Part shown: one piece after another, positions 46,297 through 56,681 of the stretch
Layout of the letters: each line of letters starts with the position of its first letter
Numbering within the stretch: position 1 is the first letter of the stretch
Source: Candidatus Latescibacterota bacterium
GTDB lineage: Bacteria > Latescibacterota > UBA2968
Reading direction: 5' to 3'
DNA: 64,000 nt
Assembly (NCBI GenBank): GCA_965208125.1
Contig: OZ242320.1
Span: forward strand, 5,216,001 to 5,280,000
Position numbers and translations under genes: made by a program
The notes under the pieces: model-generated
The model's database searches: none
The model's input: only the letters and a program-made list of their open reading frames with translations
What the model was told of the DNA's origin: nothing

Positions 46297-46376
46297 TTAT
46301 TCCTCCTGTAATAGTTTGTTTGTATCAGAAATCCAAAAAAAAATAATTAAGACCGCGCCCCCTGTCCAGTCTTTAA

Positions 46377-47276
46377 TTACGCGTCGCTGATCTTGATACC
46401 TGATAGGGTCTCAATAGTCTTTGTCACGGCTGAAAAATCGAGTGCGCCAGCACCCAGGCTACTGGCGGCCGCATACATCTGATAAGCCACAGCCCCCAGC
46501 GGCACGGGCACATTCATTGCGCGGCCCATCTCCACGCCAATACCGATATCCTTCTTCATCAAATCGAGCATAAATCCCGGCGCGTACTCATCCTTGAATA
46601 CAAAATCTGCAACACGCGCCTGAAAAGCCGACGAATCGCCCGAACTCACGCTAATTACCTGCCGCATCACCTCGGGATCAGCACCCGCTTTAACGCCCAG
46701 TGTAAGCCCCTCTGCAATCGCCGCCATCGTAATACCGCCGAGCAACTGATTGACAATTTTAACCGTTTGCCCCACCCCAACATCACCCACATGAAAAATA
46801 TTCTCGCTATTGCCCATCGCGTCAAAAATCCCCTGACAACGATCAAAATCGGCCTTTGCCCCGCCCGCAATAATAGTCAGCGTACCGTTAATCGCCCCAA
46901 TATCGCCACCACTCACTGGCGCATCCATCACGCGAACCCCTTTTTGCGATGCCTGTTCTGCCACATCCTGAATCGTCAACGGCGAAATCGTACTCATATC
47001 CACAATGAGATCGCCTTCTGACGCCCCGGCCAAAACCCCCTGATCGCCCAAAATGACCTCGCGCACCTCGGGATCAGCCGTCACAATCGTAATAATAATA
47101 TCCGTTGCCTCGCCCACCGCCTGTGACGAAGACACATAAGTCGCCCCCGCGCCCTCCATCTCGGCCACAATCTCATCTCGCCGAGCATAAAATGTCACAT
47201 CAAAACCCGCCTTCAATAGATTGTGGCACATAGGCTTGCCCATAATTCCCAAACCGACAAATCCAATCTTGTCCAT
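46377..47276 (-). CDS. Beta-hydroxyacid dehydrogenase (GarR/3-hydroxyisobutyrate dehydrogenase family)
   Basis: GFVGLGIMG, DMSTISP, DAPVSGG, KIVNQ, KD; start trimmed to ATG 47276. Confidence 0.9.
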   Translation of the reverse strand: MDKIGFVGLGIMGKPMCHNLLKAGFDVTFYARRDEIVAEMEGAGATYVSSSQAVGEATDIIITIVTADPEVREVILGDQGVLAGASEGDLIVDMSTISPLTIQDVAEQASQKGVRVMDAPVSGGDIGAINGTLTIIAGGAKADFDRCQGIFDAMGNSENIFHVGDVGVGQTVKIVNQLLGGITMAAIAEGLTLGVKAGADPEVMRQVISVSSGDSSAFQARVADFVFKDEYAPGFMLDLMKKDIGIGVEMGRAMNVPVPLGAVAYQMYAAASSLGAGALDFSAVTKTIETLSGIKISDA

Positions 47277-47313
47277 CTTGCTACTCCTTCCCTGGTAAAA
47301 CATCTATTTGTCT

Positions 47314-47342
47314 TTGACAACTGAAATACTTCGATATAATAT
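47314..47342 (+). promoter_or_regulatory. Putative sigma-70 promoter of the FGGY kinase
   Basis: TTGACA followed by TATAAT (15-bp spacer) or TAATAT (17-bp spacer). Confidence 0.55.
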
Positions 47343-47380
47343 AACCTCAACCTACCCTATCATCCAATAAAGAGCCAGCC

Positions 47381-48934
47381 ATGAACACAAAAACATCCTC
47401 CGACCCTTTACTCGTCGGCATCGACGTTGGAACCACCAACATCAAAGCCTTGATCTTTGATCCTCGAGGTCGCGAAATCGCCCGCGCACAGGCCAAAACG
47501 CCCACGCATCATCCACAGCCAGAATGGGCGTATTACAAACCCGATGAACTCTGGAAAACCGTGAGCAACGTCCTGAAAGATACTGTTGCACAAATCGACA
47601 ACCCCGCCAACATCGCGGGCATAGCCACCGCGAGCATTGGAGAAACAGGCGTCCCAATCGACAGGAGCGGAAATCCAACCGGTCATGCAATTGCGTGGTT
47701 TGACCAGCGCACCCGCCCGCAATGCGAGCAATTGCAAAAAATCTTTGATAGAGACGAACTCTTCTCGCTTACAGGGCTTCCACTACAACCCATTTCCAGC
47801 CTGTGCAAAATCCTCTGGATACGCGAACATCAGCCCGAAGCCTTTGCGCGAACCGCCACCTGGCTCAACACTGCCGATTATATTGCTTTCCGATTATCGG
47901 GCATACCCGCCACCGACTATTCGCTCGCCTCTCGCACCCTTGCTTTTGACCTCCACAGGCGGCAATGGGCAAACGACATCCTCAGTGAAGTCCGTCTTTC
48001 CTCAAATCTCTTCGCACCGCTTTGCAATGCAGGAACAGACCTGGGCACCATTCTTCCCGACATCGCACGCGAAATCGGCTTGCCCCTGCACACGCGAATA
48101 TGCGCTGGTGGACACGATCATATTTGCGGCGCACTTGCCGTTGGCGTTACAGAACCGGGAACAATGCTCAATTCTCTGGGCACCGCAGAAGCCATGTGCC
48201 TGCCCATTTCTCAGCCGCTTACAGACCCGCAAATAGGCCGCCAAAACTTCACCATAGGCGCGCACGTCGCACCCGACCAATATTACTTCCTCGGCGGATT
48301 GTTTACAAGCGGTGCGAGCATCGAGTGGTTCCGCAGTTTATTTGGCGAAAATGCGGACTATAACACCTTAATTTCCGAAGCGAGCGAATCGCCCCCTGGT
48401 AGTCTGGGTGTTGGCTTTCTCCCACAACTGCGCTTTACCAACCCACCCCATGCAGAAGCCATAGCACGCGGAACATTTATTGGCCTGACCCCCGATGCCA
48501 ACCGAGGTACGCTCTTTCGCGCAATCCTCGAAGGTCTATCTCTGGAAATGCGCCATATTATCGACTCGTCCAAATCTTATCCGGGCGTGCCCGAAACAAA
48601 AAATATTGTCGCAATCGGCGGAGGTATCCGCAACCAACTCCTCATGCAAATCAAAGCCACTGTTCTGAACCAGCCCATCGCCCTCGCTGAAATGGATGAA
48701 GCAACAGCCCTGGGCGCGGCAGTACTCGCGGGATTGGGCACAGGAGTTTACGCGGACGTCGCCGATGCCCTGCATACTCTCGACATTCCCATGCAGACCA
48801 TTCTCCCCATACCCGAACAGGTCGCGCTCTACAACAGAATTTACAACCGCGTACACAAACAAATTTACCCGGCAGTACAAGACCTGCACCAGCAGATTGA
48901 CCAGATCCAGATGAGAAATACAACGGTCAGATAA
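47381..48934 (+). CDS. FGGY-family carbohydrate kinase (fuculokinase/rhamnulokinase/xylulokinase-like)
   Basis: GIDVGTT, AIAWFDQR, KILW, SLASRT, GGHDH, SLGTAE, RAILEG, IGGG, ATALGAA. Confidence 0.9.
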   Translation: MNTKTSSDPLLVGIDVGTTNIKALIFDPRGREIARAQAKTPTHHPQPEWAYYKPDELWKTVSNVLKDTVAQIDNPANIAGIATASIGETGVPIDRSGNPTGHAIAWFDQRTRPQCEQLQKIFDRDELFSLTGLPLQPISSLCKILWIREHQPEAFARTATWLNTADYIAFRLSGIPATDYSLASRTLAFDLHRRQWANDILSEVRLSSNLFAPLCNAGTDLGTILPDIAREIGLPLHTRICAGGHDHICGALAVGVTEPGTMLNSLGTAEAMCLPISQPLTDPQIGRQNFTIGAHVAPDQYYFLGGLFTSGASIEWFRSLFGENADYNTLISEASESPPGSLGVGFLPQLRFTNPPHAEAIARGTFIGLTPDANRGTLFRAILEGLSLEMRHIIDSSKSYPGVPETKNIVAIGGGIRNQLLMQIKATVLNQPIALAEMDEATALGAAVLAGLGTGVYADVADALHTLDIPMQTILPIPEQVALYNRIYNRVHKQIYPAVQDLHQQIDQIQMRNTTVR

Positions 48935-50717
48935 TCTTATCTTCGCCGATTTCCATATTCCGAAATTGCAAATCGCACAACTCGCGATAAAGTCCACCTC
49001 GAGCAAATAACGCCCCATGCGTTCCGCACTGCGCGATCTCCCCCTGATCCAGCACCAGAATGCAATCCGCATGTTGTACTGTTGACAATCGATGCGCAAT
49101 AATAAACGTCGTGCGCCCCGCCATCAACCGTTCCAATGCCTGCTGCACCTGCGCCTCTGAAGCCGAATCCAGAGATGAAGTCGCCTCATCCAGCAACAAA
49201 ATGCGTGCATCTCTCAACAGAGCACGCGCAATCGCAACTCTCTGCCGCTGTCCCCCACTCAATTTCACGCCCTTTTCCCCAACCAACGCGCCGTATCCAT
49301 CTGGCAAATCCACAATAAAATCGTGAGCATTCGCATCTCGGGCTGCCTGCTCAACCTCATCGTCCGTCGCATCCAATCGCCCGTATCGAATATTTTCACC
49401 AATGGAAGTACCGAACAAATCCACATCCTGTGATACCAGCGCGATCTGTTCTCGCAGCGATACAATCTGCACATCGCGCACATCCACGCCATCCACGCGC
49501 ACAACCCCAGAGGTCGCATCGTAAAATCTCGGAATCAGATTCATCAGCGTCGTCTTACCCGCGCCACTCGCCCCCACAAGTGCTATTGTTTGCCCGGGCA
49601 GGGTCTCAAATGAAACCCCCTTGATTACCGGACGGTCGGGCTGGTATCCAAACCACACATCTTCAAACGCCACGGCACCGCGAACATCTGCAAGTGGAAA
49701 CGCACCCTCGCCATCGGCAATCTCTGGTCGTGACTCGAGCAATTCAAAAATGTGTTCTGACGCGCCCACAGCAGAATTTAAGGACGCATAAAGACGCGTA
49801 ATCCCCATCACAGATCGGGCAATATTCATCGCGTAAAAAATAAACGCCACCAGATCACCCGCCGACAAGCGTCCGGCCAGCACCTCTGTGCCCCCATACC
49901 AGAAAATCACCACCAGTGCCAGCATAAAAAGAAATGCGATACAAGCCGAAAAAACCGCTTCCATAATCACGCGATAGCGCGACGTGCGAAACAAATCTTC
50001 GTTTGCCTCGCCATATCGATTCACCTCAAAAACTTCGCGTGCAAACGCCTTGACAACCCGCACAGCCGACAGAGCTTCTTCGGCAATCGCAGTCGTATCG
50101 CCCAACCGATCCTGTACCGTGCGGGACAACTCGCGGATACGCTGCCCAAAATAGCGCGCCCCCACAGCGGCAACTGGCGCAGCAGCAAACACCACCAGGC
50201 TCAATCGCCAATTGAGAACAACCATAGCCGCTACAGAACCAATAGTCATAATCCCCGTCATTAAAACCTGAGAAATAGCTCCCGTCGCGGCATTTCTGAT
50301 GGCTCCCACATCATTGGTCAGACGCGACATGAGTTCGCCCAACCTGTGATCGGCATAAAAGCGAAGTCCCAAAAGGTGCAAATGCGCGTAAACCTTCTTT
50401 CGCAGATCCGTCACCACGCGCTCACCCACCCAGGAAATCCAGTAATGACTCCCCACGTGCAAAAGCGACTGAAGCACAAAAAGCACCAGCATGCCAAGCG
50501 CCAGCAAATCCAACTGGTGTCTATCCCCCTGCTCAAACACGGAATCCAAAAGCGACCGCAAGCCCAGCGGAATCATCAGCCACACACCTGAGGAAAACGC
50601 GGTAAATACCAGCCCCAGAACGAGCCGCAACAAGTATGGCCGGGCAAAAGCAAAAATTCGCTTCCACGCCAGCCATAATGCCACGGGGGAATATGTCTGG
50701 TTATTTTTTTCAGCCAT
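48927..50717 (-). CDS. ABC exporter, fused permease/ATPase (MsbA-like)
   Basis: TM domain plus GASGAGKT, LSGGQRQR, LLLDEATS, IAHRLST. Confidence 0.92.
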   Translation of the reverse strand: MAEKNNQTYSPVALWLAWKRIFAFARPYLLRLVLGLVFTAFSSGVWLMIPLGLRSLLDSVFEQGDRHQLDLLALGMLVLFVLQSLLHVGSHYWISWVGERVVTDLRKKVYAHLHLLGLRFYADHRLGELMSRLTNDVGAIRNAATGAISQVLMTGIMTIGSVAAMVVLNWRLSLVVFAAAPVAAVGARYFGQRIRELSRTVQDRLGDTTAIAEEALSAVRVVKAFAREVFEVNRYGEANEDLFRTSRYRVIMEAVFSACIAFLFMLALVVIFWYGGTEVLAGRLSAGDLVAFIFYAMNIARSVMGITRLYASLNSAVGASEHIFELLESRPEIADGEGAFPLADVRGAVAFEDVWFGYQPDRPVIKGVSFETLPGQTIALVGASGAGKTTLMNLIPRFYDATSGVVRVDGVDVRDVQIVSLREQIALVSQDVDLFGTSIGENIRYGRLDATDDEVEQAARDANAHDFIVDLPDGYGALVGEKGVKLSGGQRQRVAIARALLRDARILLLDEATSSLDSASEAQVQQALERLMAGRTTFIIAHRLSTVQHADCILVLDQGEIAQCGTHGALFARGGLYRELCDLQFRNMEIGEDKII

Positions 50718-52413
50718 TCATTTTTCTCCTCAAAACAGCGGTCTCTTCAACATCCACCTCGAGATCAGCCGTAATCACCACACCATAAGCGTCTCGCGCG
50801 GCTTCGTGCGATAGCCGCTCCTGTTTGACATCCTCCAGCACCCTTTTGGGATCGCGTTCAAAAGGCGACCCATAGCCCCCACCGCCCGGAATACGCAACG
50901 TCACCGACTGCCCGGGTTGGAGATCATAGCGACCCTTTGGCGGCAAAACAGTGCCATCCGATAAAAAAAGTTCGCCGCACCTGCCATCGCGCCCCCCCAA
51001 AAAACCGCGCGGTGCATAGCGCGTGCGATCGTACATACACGAATGCAATGTGGGATGATCGGAGTCAACAGACAAGATCATCTCCTGCCCCAGGCCACCC
51101 CGAAAAGTACCCGCACCGCCAGAATCGGGAATCAACGCACGCCTGTGCATAATCACCGGTGACACGGACTCAATTGCTTCGGCAGGCACGCCCTTAATCC
51201 CACTGGGGAACGCCGTCGCCGAAATCCCATCATCGCCGGGACGCGCGCCCATACCACCTGCGGAAAAAAAGATATACGCAAAGCGCTCGCCCGTGCGACC
51301 TATCCCCTCCAACTGCGTATTCCAAAGCCCAGCCGATCCATCGGCAATCACGCGATCGGGAATCGCCTGAGACAGTGCCCCAAACAGCGGTTGCGAAAGA
51401 AAATGCCCAACCAGATGCCGCGCGCCCACAGCACATGGAAATTGTGCGTTTAAGATACATCCCTCGGGTGCCGTAACTGTTATGGGACGAAAACTGCCTT
51501 CATTATTGGGAATATGAGGGCTAATGGCGCATTTCAAGGGATAAGTAGTATAGGCATGCGTGTAATTGTACACCACATTGATCCCGCGATCCACCTGTGG
51601 CGACGTGCCCGTATAGTCAACAACCAAACTGCGATCTTTGACAATAACTTTTGCGCGAATAACCAGCGGTCTATCGTACCCATCGAGTTTCACCTCATCT
51701 TCATAAACGCCATTGGTAATCTCCGAAATCGCCTCTCGAGTTGCCGCTTCTGACCGATCTAAAATCAGTTTCGCCAACCCTTCCAGATCTCCGAGATCGT
51801 AATGTTCCAGCGCCTGAAGCAACTTGACAGCCCCCACATCATTTCCCGCCTGTTGCGCGTACAAATCGCCGACGACCTGATCTGGCTCGCGCACATTTGC
51901 CCGTACAATTGCGATCAAATCGCGATTGATCTCCCCTTCATTAAACAATTTCATAATTGGGATATTCAGACCCTCTTCATACACTTGACGCGCACCGGCC
52001 CCCAGCGTACGACCGCCAATATCCATGGCATGGCAAGTATTGGCAAACCACCCCACGCCCCGGCCCCGATAAAAAACAGGCGTAACAACCGTAATATCGT
52101 GCAAATGCCCCGATCCCAGCCACGGATCGTTGGTGAGCAAACTATCGCCGGGTTCCAGCGTGTCAATCGGATACGCCTTCACAAAATGCCGCACGCAATT
52201 TGCCATTGTATTGATATGCCCCGGCGTCCCCGTCACCGCTTGCGCCAGCATATTGCCCCTGCGGTCAAACACCCCCGCAGACAAATCGCCAGCCTCGCGC
52301 ACCACCGTTGTAAAAGAAGCGTGCATCAGTGCCGCCGCCTGCTCATTCACAATAGAAATAAGGCGATTCCAAAGCACTTCTAACTCAACCGCATCAATTG
52401 TGCGATCCTTCAT
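50710..52413 (-). CDS. Hydantoinase B/5-oxoprolinase subunit
   Basis: REAGD, NDPWLGSGHLHD, DIGG, EEG, DSGGAG, PGGGGYG. Confidence 0.9.
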   Translation of the reverse strand: MKDRTIDAVELEVLWNRLISIVNEQAAALMHASFTTVVREAGDLSAGVFDRRGNMLAQAVTGTPGHINTMANCVRHFVKAYPIDTLEPGDSLLTNDPWLGSGHLHDITVVTPVFYRGRGVGWFANTCHAMDIGGRTLGAGARQVYEEGLNIPIMKLFNEGEINRDLIAIVRANVREPDQVVGDLYAQQAGNDVGAVKLLQALEHYDLGDLEGLAKLILDRSEAATREAISEITNGVYEDEVKLDGYDRPLVIRAKVIVKDRSLVVDYTGTSPQVDRGINVVYNYTHAYTTYPLKCAISPHIPNNEGSFRPITVTAPEGCILNAQFPCAVGARHLVGHFLSQPLFGALSQAIPDRVIADGSAGLWNTQLEGIGRTGERFAYIFFSAGGMGARPGDDGISATAFPSGIKGVPAEAIESVSPVIMHRRALIPDSGGAGTFRGGLGQEMILSVDSDHPTLHSCMYDRTRYAPRGFLGGRDGRCGELFLSDGTVLPPKGRYDLQPGQSVTLRIPGGGGYGSPFERDPKRVLEDVKQERLSHEAARDAYGVVITADLEVDVEETAVLRRKMNG

Positions 52414-54491
52414 ACATCCTCCCTGATGAGAATCAGATTACCCGTATCATCGACCTGCAACATCCATCCGGGCGGCAATACTGTAGTGGATTCGACTTCC
52501 TCGACAATAGCGGGACCTTTCAAAATAACCCCTCTTCCGAGTTTGTCTCTCCTATAAACTGCAGTCCCGTATTTCCCATCTGAAAAAAGAACATCGCGCT
52601 GTCCCTCGGCCCCCTCATCGCCAACTTCTCCAAAGGACCCAACATCGCAAATTTCCGGCTCTGGTCCCGAAACCGTCACGCGCCAGTGGATGGCCTCCAC
52701 GGGAACCCCCTCACACAGACGCCCGTATAATTTTTTATATGACGCATCAAAAGCCGCTTGAAGCGCATCATCGGAACTTTCTGTAAATTCTCCCAAAGGC
52801 ACGGGAACGCTTATCTCGTGCCCCTGTCCCACATATCGCATATCAGCCGTGCGCACCACGCGAATCTCAGAATCATTGACTCCTGCATATCGCACAAGCG
52901 CGCGGCCTTCATCTTCCATCTCTCCATAGAGCTTATTGACAACCTCGCGATCCAACGCGGCGATTCTCGACACAAAACTCCGCACATAATCAAAAGCAAT
53001 GGGCGCGAGCATCAAGCCAAAAGCCGACCCAACACCCGCAGCTGGCGGCACAATCACACGATCAATTCCCAAGCGCATCGCAACGCCGCATGCGTGTACA
53101 GGCCCAGCCCCACCCGTTGCAACAAGTGCGTATCCATTCAAATCGATCCCGCGCTCGGCAGCGTGAACCCGCGCGGCATTGGCCATATTTTCATTTACCA
53201 AATCGTGAATACCCTGTGCGGCACGTACGCGATCCAGCCCGGTAAATTGTGCAAATTCATCAACCACATCCGCGGCGCGTTCCACATCCAGATCCATTTG
53301 CCCACCCAAAAAATACCCAGCATTCAAATAGCCCAGCAAGAGATCGGCATCTGTCACCGTGGGCAACCGTCCACCACGCGCATAACAGGCGGGACCGGGA
53401 TCTGCCCCCGCACTTTGCGGCCCAACCGTGGGCAAACCCAATTCACTCGCATGCGCGATACTGCCCCCACCAGCCCCAATTTCGATCATATCGAGCACGG
53501 GAACAAGCAAGGGCAACCCGCTGCCGCGCTTGAAGCGATACACTCGTGCTACTTCTGACTCAGTCGTAATCGGAAACGCTCCATTTTCACTCAAAATGGC
53601 CTTTGCCGTCGTGCCCCCCATATCAAACGCGAGAATCTGCCGATACCCCGACCGATTGCCATAATGCGCCGCGGCAAGCGCGCCGCCGCAAGGACCGGAT
53701 TCTACCAGGCGCACGGGAAAACGCACTGCTGTCTGCACAGAACACGACCCGCCGTTAGAGAGCATAATATGCAGCGGTGCCAAAATCCCCAACGCCTTCA
53801 ACCCATCTTCCAAACGCGCGAGATATTTTTCCACCATAGGCTGCACATAAGCATTTGCCACAGTCGTGGAAGTGCGCTCAAATTCTCGAAGTTCGGCGGC
53901 AACCCTGTGCGAAACCGAAATGCCTGCACCGGGCATAAGAGAGCGCACAATTTCCTCTGCACGACGCTCGTGATCGGGATTGACATAAGCGTGCAAAAAT
54001 GCAATAGCGACCGCCTCCACTCCGGCTTCGCGCAACACTTCGCAGGCTTTGACCACATCATCTTCATTTAATGGCGTCATCACCTCGCCACGCGCGTACA
54101 GCCGCTCCCGCACCTCAACTCGCAACCGCCTTTCAACGAGCGGTTCGGGCAATTTCAAAAACAAATCGTAAATATCGTAACGCCCTTCCCGTCCAATTTC
54201 CAGCGCGTCTCGAAAACCCGCTGTCGCAATCAGCCCGGTCTTAGCCCCCCTTCGCTCAATCAGGGCATTCGTCACCAGCGTCGTGCCGTGAACCGCCCGG
54301 GAAATCGCGCTGGGCGATACCCCATCGAGCACCTCTTTCACGCCCTCCAGCACACTAACCGAAGGATCCGGAGACTGCGTCAACACCTTCGCCACAGACA
54401 AAACACCCGAAGCGTGTTCTCTCAACACAACATCTGTAAACGTGCCGCCGATATCTATTGCAAGCGTGTATGCCTCCTCACTCACCACCAT
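52410..54491 (-). CDS. Hydantoinase A/5-oxoprolinase ATP-binding subunit
   Basis: DIGGTFTD, HGTT, ESGP, DMGGTT, IGAGGGS, SAGADPGPACY, DMRYVGQ. Confidence 0.92.
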   Translation of the reverse strand: MVVSEEAYTLAIDIGGTFTDVVLREHASGVLSVAKVLTQSPDPSVSVLEGVKEVLDGVSPSAISRAVHGTTLVTNALIERRGAKTGLIATAGFRDALEIGREGRYDIYDLFLKLPEPLVERRLRVEVRERLYARGEVMTPLNEDDVVKACEVLREAGVEAVAIAFLHAYVNPDHERRAEEIVRSLMPGAGISVSHRVAAELREFERTSTTVANAYVQPMVEKYLARLEDGLKALGILAPLHIMLSNGGSCSVQTAVRFPVRLVESGPCGGALAAAHYGNRSGYRQILAFDMGGTTAKAILSENGAFPITTESEVARVYRFKRGSGLPLLVPVLDMIEIGAGGGSIAHASELGLPTVGPQSAGADPGPACYARGGRLPTVTDADLLLGYLNAGYFLGGQMDLDVERAADVVDEFAQFTGLDRVRAAQGIHDLVNENMANAARVHAAERGIDLNGYALVATGGAGPVHACGVAMRLGIDRVIVPPAAGVGSAFGLMLAPIAFDYVRSFVSRIAALDREVVNKLYGEMEDEGRALVRYAGVNDSEIRVVRTADMRYVGQGHEISVPVPLGEFTESSDDALQAAFDASYKKLYGRLCEGVPVEAIHWRVTVSGPEPEICDVGSFGEVGDEGAEGQRDVLFSDGKYGTAVYRRDKLGRGVILKGPAIVEEVESTTVLPPGWMLQVDDTGNLILIREDV

Positions 54492-54534
54492 ACTCCTTTG
54501 CTTTAATTTTAATTTTTAATTCCTAAAATTGACC

Positions 54535-54563
54535 TTGACAAGCCATGATCCTTTTTGTAATTT
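54535..54563 (+). promoter_or_regulatory. Putative sigma-70 promoter of tRNA-Gly
   Basis: TTGACA-17 bp-TAATTT, with an AT-rich upstream tract. Confidence 0.6.
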
Positions 54564-54580
54564 TTGGTTCCTCATAACGA

Positions 54581-54657
54581 GCGGGAATAGCTCAGCTGGC
54601 TAGAGCATCTGCTTGCCATGCAGAAGGTCGCGGGTTCGAATCCCGTTTCCCGCTCCA
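54581..54657 (+). tRNA. tRNA-Gly (anticodon GCC)
   Basis: Acceptor GCGGGAA/TTCCCGC, D arm GCTC/GAGC, anticodon arm TCTGC-TTGCCAT-GCAGA, T arm GGTTCGAATCCC, encoded CCA. Confidence 0.97.
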
Positions 54658-54664
54658 TTAACCC

Positions 54665-54691
54665 AACCCGTTAAATTAACGGGTTTTTTTT
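54665..54691 (+). terminator. Intrinsic terminator after tRNA-Gly
   Basis: AACCCGTT-AAATT-AACGGGTT running into a T8 tract. Confidence 0.8.
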
Positions 54692-54705
54692 ATGGAGCAA
54701 ACCGC

Positions 54706-55845
54706 TTGTCATCAGCTCTTGTCCGAGAAATAGCCAACCTGCGCCTGCCCGCGCTTGCCCTTTGGGCACCTGGACCGCACATGCTCACCCCTGCGGTTCG
54801 TCGGGTCCTGCAAACATATCAGGCGACCTATTCCCACCGATCCGCTGCATTTCAAGCCTGCTATCAAAAAACTGTGGATCTACTCCGTGAAGTCTTTCAA
54901 ATTCCAGGTGGATTTACCCCGCTCATCTTCGGCCACACTGGCAGCTACAACTGGGAAATGGTCGTCACCAATACGCCCTGTAATAGTGCGACACTGGGCA
55001 TGGACATCGGCGCTTTTTCAAAAAAATGGGCACAGGTCTTCACAAGTCACGGGCGCAACATCGACATCTTAAAAGCCAACTGGGGCGACGGCATCTGCGC
55101 TCGGACCTGGTCCAATGCCATCGCCAAAAACTACGACCTTACCCTTTTGACCCACAACGAAACATCTACCGGTGTCATGCTCCCCGTACAGGAAATGTGT
55201 GACACCGTCCGCAACACATCTCCCAAAACCCTGATTGCCATTGACGCAGTCAGCATAGCAGGGGCATCATATACGCCGATTGAGACCCTGCGCCCCGACT
55301 ACTATCTCTGGAGCCTGCAAAAAGACTTCGCGTGCCCCACCATCGGCTCTGTCATGATTGTATCCGACCGCGCGTTTGACATCGCGGCCAACACGCCAAA
55401 CCGCGGTTATGTCCTCGACTTAATCGAATGGAGAACGCGCGCAGAAACAGCCCAAACCCCCATGACCGTGCCCGACCTGACCCTACAATGCCTGAATGCG
55501 CGTCTCAAAGAAATGAAAAGAGAAGGCGACCAGCGCATCAAACGCCATCAAAGCCTCGTCCACATGCAACGCGAATGGGCAAAAAAACACGGCCTGTGCC
55601 TCATAGCCAAACCGGGATACGAAAGCCTGACCGTAAATGCCATCCTCTTGCCAGACTACATCTCGGGTTCCAATTTCGTAGATAAAGCAAAAAAACTGCT
55701 CAATGTTCAACTCGCCCCGGGCTATGGCGATACCAGAGACAAAGCCTTCCGCATTGCAGCTATGGGCCACACGTCAGAACGCGATATGCGACGCGTACTA
55801 AAGGGCCTCTCGCTCATCCTCAACAACTGGTCAAAACTCGAGTAA
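54706..55845 (+). CDS. Class V PLP aminotransferase (alanine-glyoxylate/serine-pyruvate-like)
   Basis: APGP, SHRS, HNETSTG, DAVS, SLQK, FRIAAMG. TTG start after GGAG; the listed 54613 start overlaps the tRNA. Confidence 0.85.
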   Translation: MSSALVREIANLRLPALALWAPGPHMLTPAVRRVLQTYQATYSHRSAAFQACYQKTVDLLREVFQIPGGFTPLIFGHTGSYNWEMVVTNTPCNSATLGMDIGAFSKKWAQVFTSHGRNIDILKANWGDGICARTWSNAIAKNYDLTLLTHNETSTGVMLPVQEMCDTVRNTSPKTLIAIDAVSIAGASYTPIETLRPDYYLWSLQKDFACPTIGSVMIVSDRAFDIAANTPNRGYVLDLIEWRTRAETAQTPMTVPDLTLQCLNARLKEMKREGDQRIKRHQSLVHMQREWAKKHGLCLIAKPGYESLTVNAILLPDYISGSNFVDKAKKLLNVQLAPGYGDTRDKAFRIAAMGHTSERDMRRVLKGLSLILNNWSKLE

Positions 55846-55849
55846 TCCC

Positions 55850-56674
55850 ATGCCACCTCCCACATCAATGATCTGCCCAGGCTGTGGCACCCTCATCAAT
55901 ACCGACGAGAAGCGGTGTCCCCATTGCGGTGCTTATAATCCCAACCTCTGGGGTATCGGTCCCGCGCTAAATCGACTTTTTGGCGGTCGCATCGATGTTC
56001 TCACCCTGATACCCACCGCGTGTATTGCCCTTTACGCAGTCAGTCTATTGCTCGACCTCGGCGCCGCACTGTCTATGGGCGGCGGACTTTTTGGCATGCT
56101 AAGCCCCGGCAATATCCCGCTGATCGTTCTCGGTATGACCCATGGCGAAGCACCCTGGTGGACCGTGCTCACCGCGACATATCTCCACGGCAGCCTCCTC
56201 CACATCCTGTTCAACGTCCTGTGGATTCGGCAACTCGGTCCCGAAGTCGGACATTTCTTTGGCCCGGCGCGCTATTTTATCATCTATACCGTCGCAGGGG
56301 CTATCGGTTTTATCCTTTCTAATCTAATCTCTGGCTACCCCACCGTAGGCGCATCTGGTGCCATTTTTGGCCTTTTTGCCGCCATCATTGTGTACGGCCG
56401 CAACCACAAAACGCAGATGATGTCACTCATGACGCGGCAAATGTGGCAATGGGCCATCCTGCTATTTGTCATGGGCTTTCTCATGAGCGGCGTCAACAAC
56501 TGGGCGCATCTGGGCGGTTTTATCGGCGGTTGGATCACAGCACAAATCCTCGTTTCAAGTGCAGAATACCGCGAAGGGCGCATCACCATTATCATAGCCC
56601 TGATCTGCCTACTCCTCACCGTCCTCGGCTTTATCCTCTCAATCTTAGAATACTTCCCACTTCTCCTATCTTGA
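55850..56674 (+). CDS. Rhomboid intramembrane serine protease with N-terminal zinc ribbon
   Basis: CPGC...CPHC; HGSLLHILFN, GASG, AHLGG. Confidence 0.9.
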   Translation: MPPPTSMICPGCGTLINTDEKRCPHCGAYNPNLWGIGPALNRLFGGRIDVLTLIPTACIALYAVSLLLDLGAALSMGGGLFGMLSPGNIPLIVLGMTHGEAPWWTVLTATYLHGSLLHILFNVLWIRQLGPEVGHFFGPARYFIIYTVAGAIGFILSNLISGYPTVGASGAIFGLFAAIIVYGRNHKTQMMSLMTRQMWQWAILLFVMGFLMSGVNNWAHLGGFIGGWITAQILVSSAEYREGRITIIIALICLLLTVLGFILSILEYFPLLLS

Positions 56675-56681
56675 CGCAGGC

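Noticed and set aside
44965-46311. 448-aa plus-strand ORF
   Set aside because: Antisense shadow of the molybdopterin subunit with no recognisable motifs; such shadows are common throughout this window.
54581-54657. tRNA-Gly as an integration site for an island or prophage
   Set aside because: No integrase nearby, and I saw no duplicate of the tRNA 3' end in the window.
54613-54705. N-terminal extension of the aminotransferase
   Set aside because: Runs through the tRNA and its terminator; TTG 54706 has an RBS.
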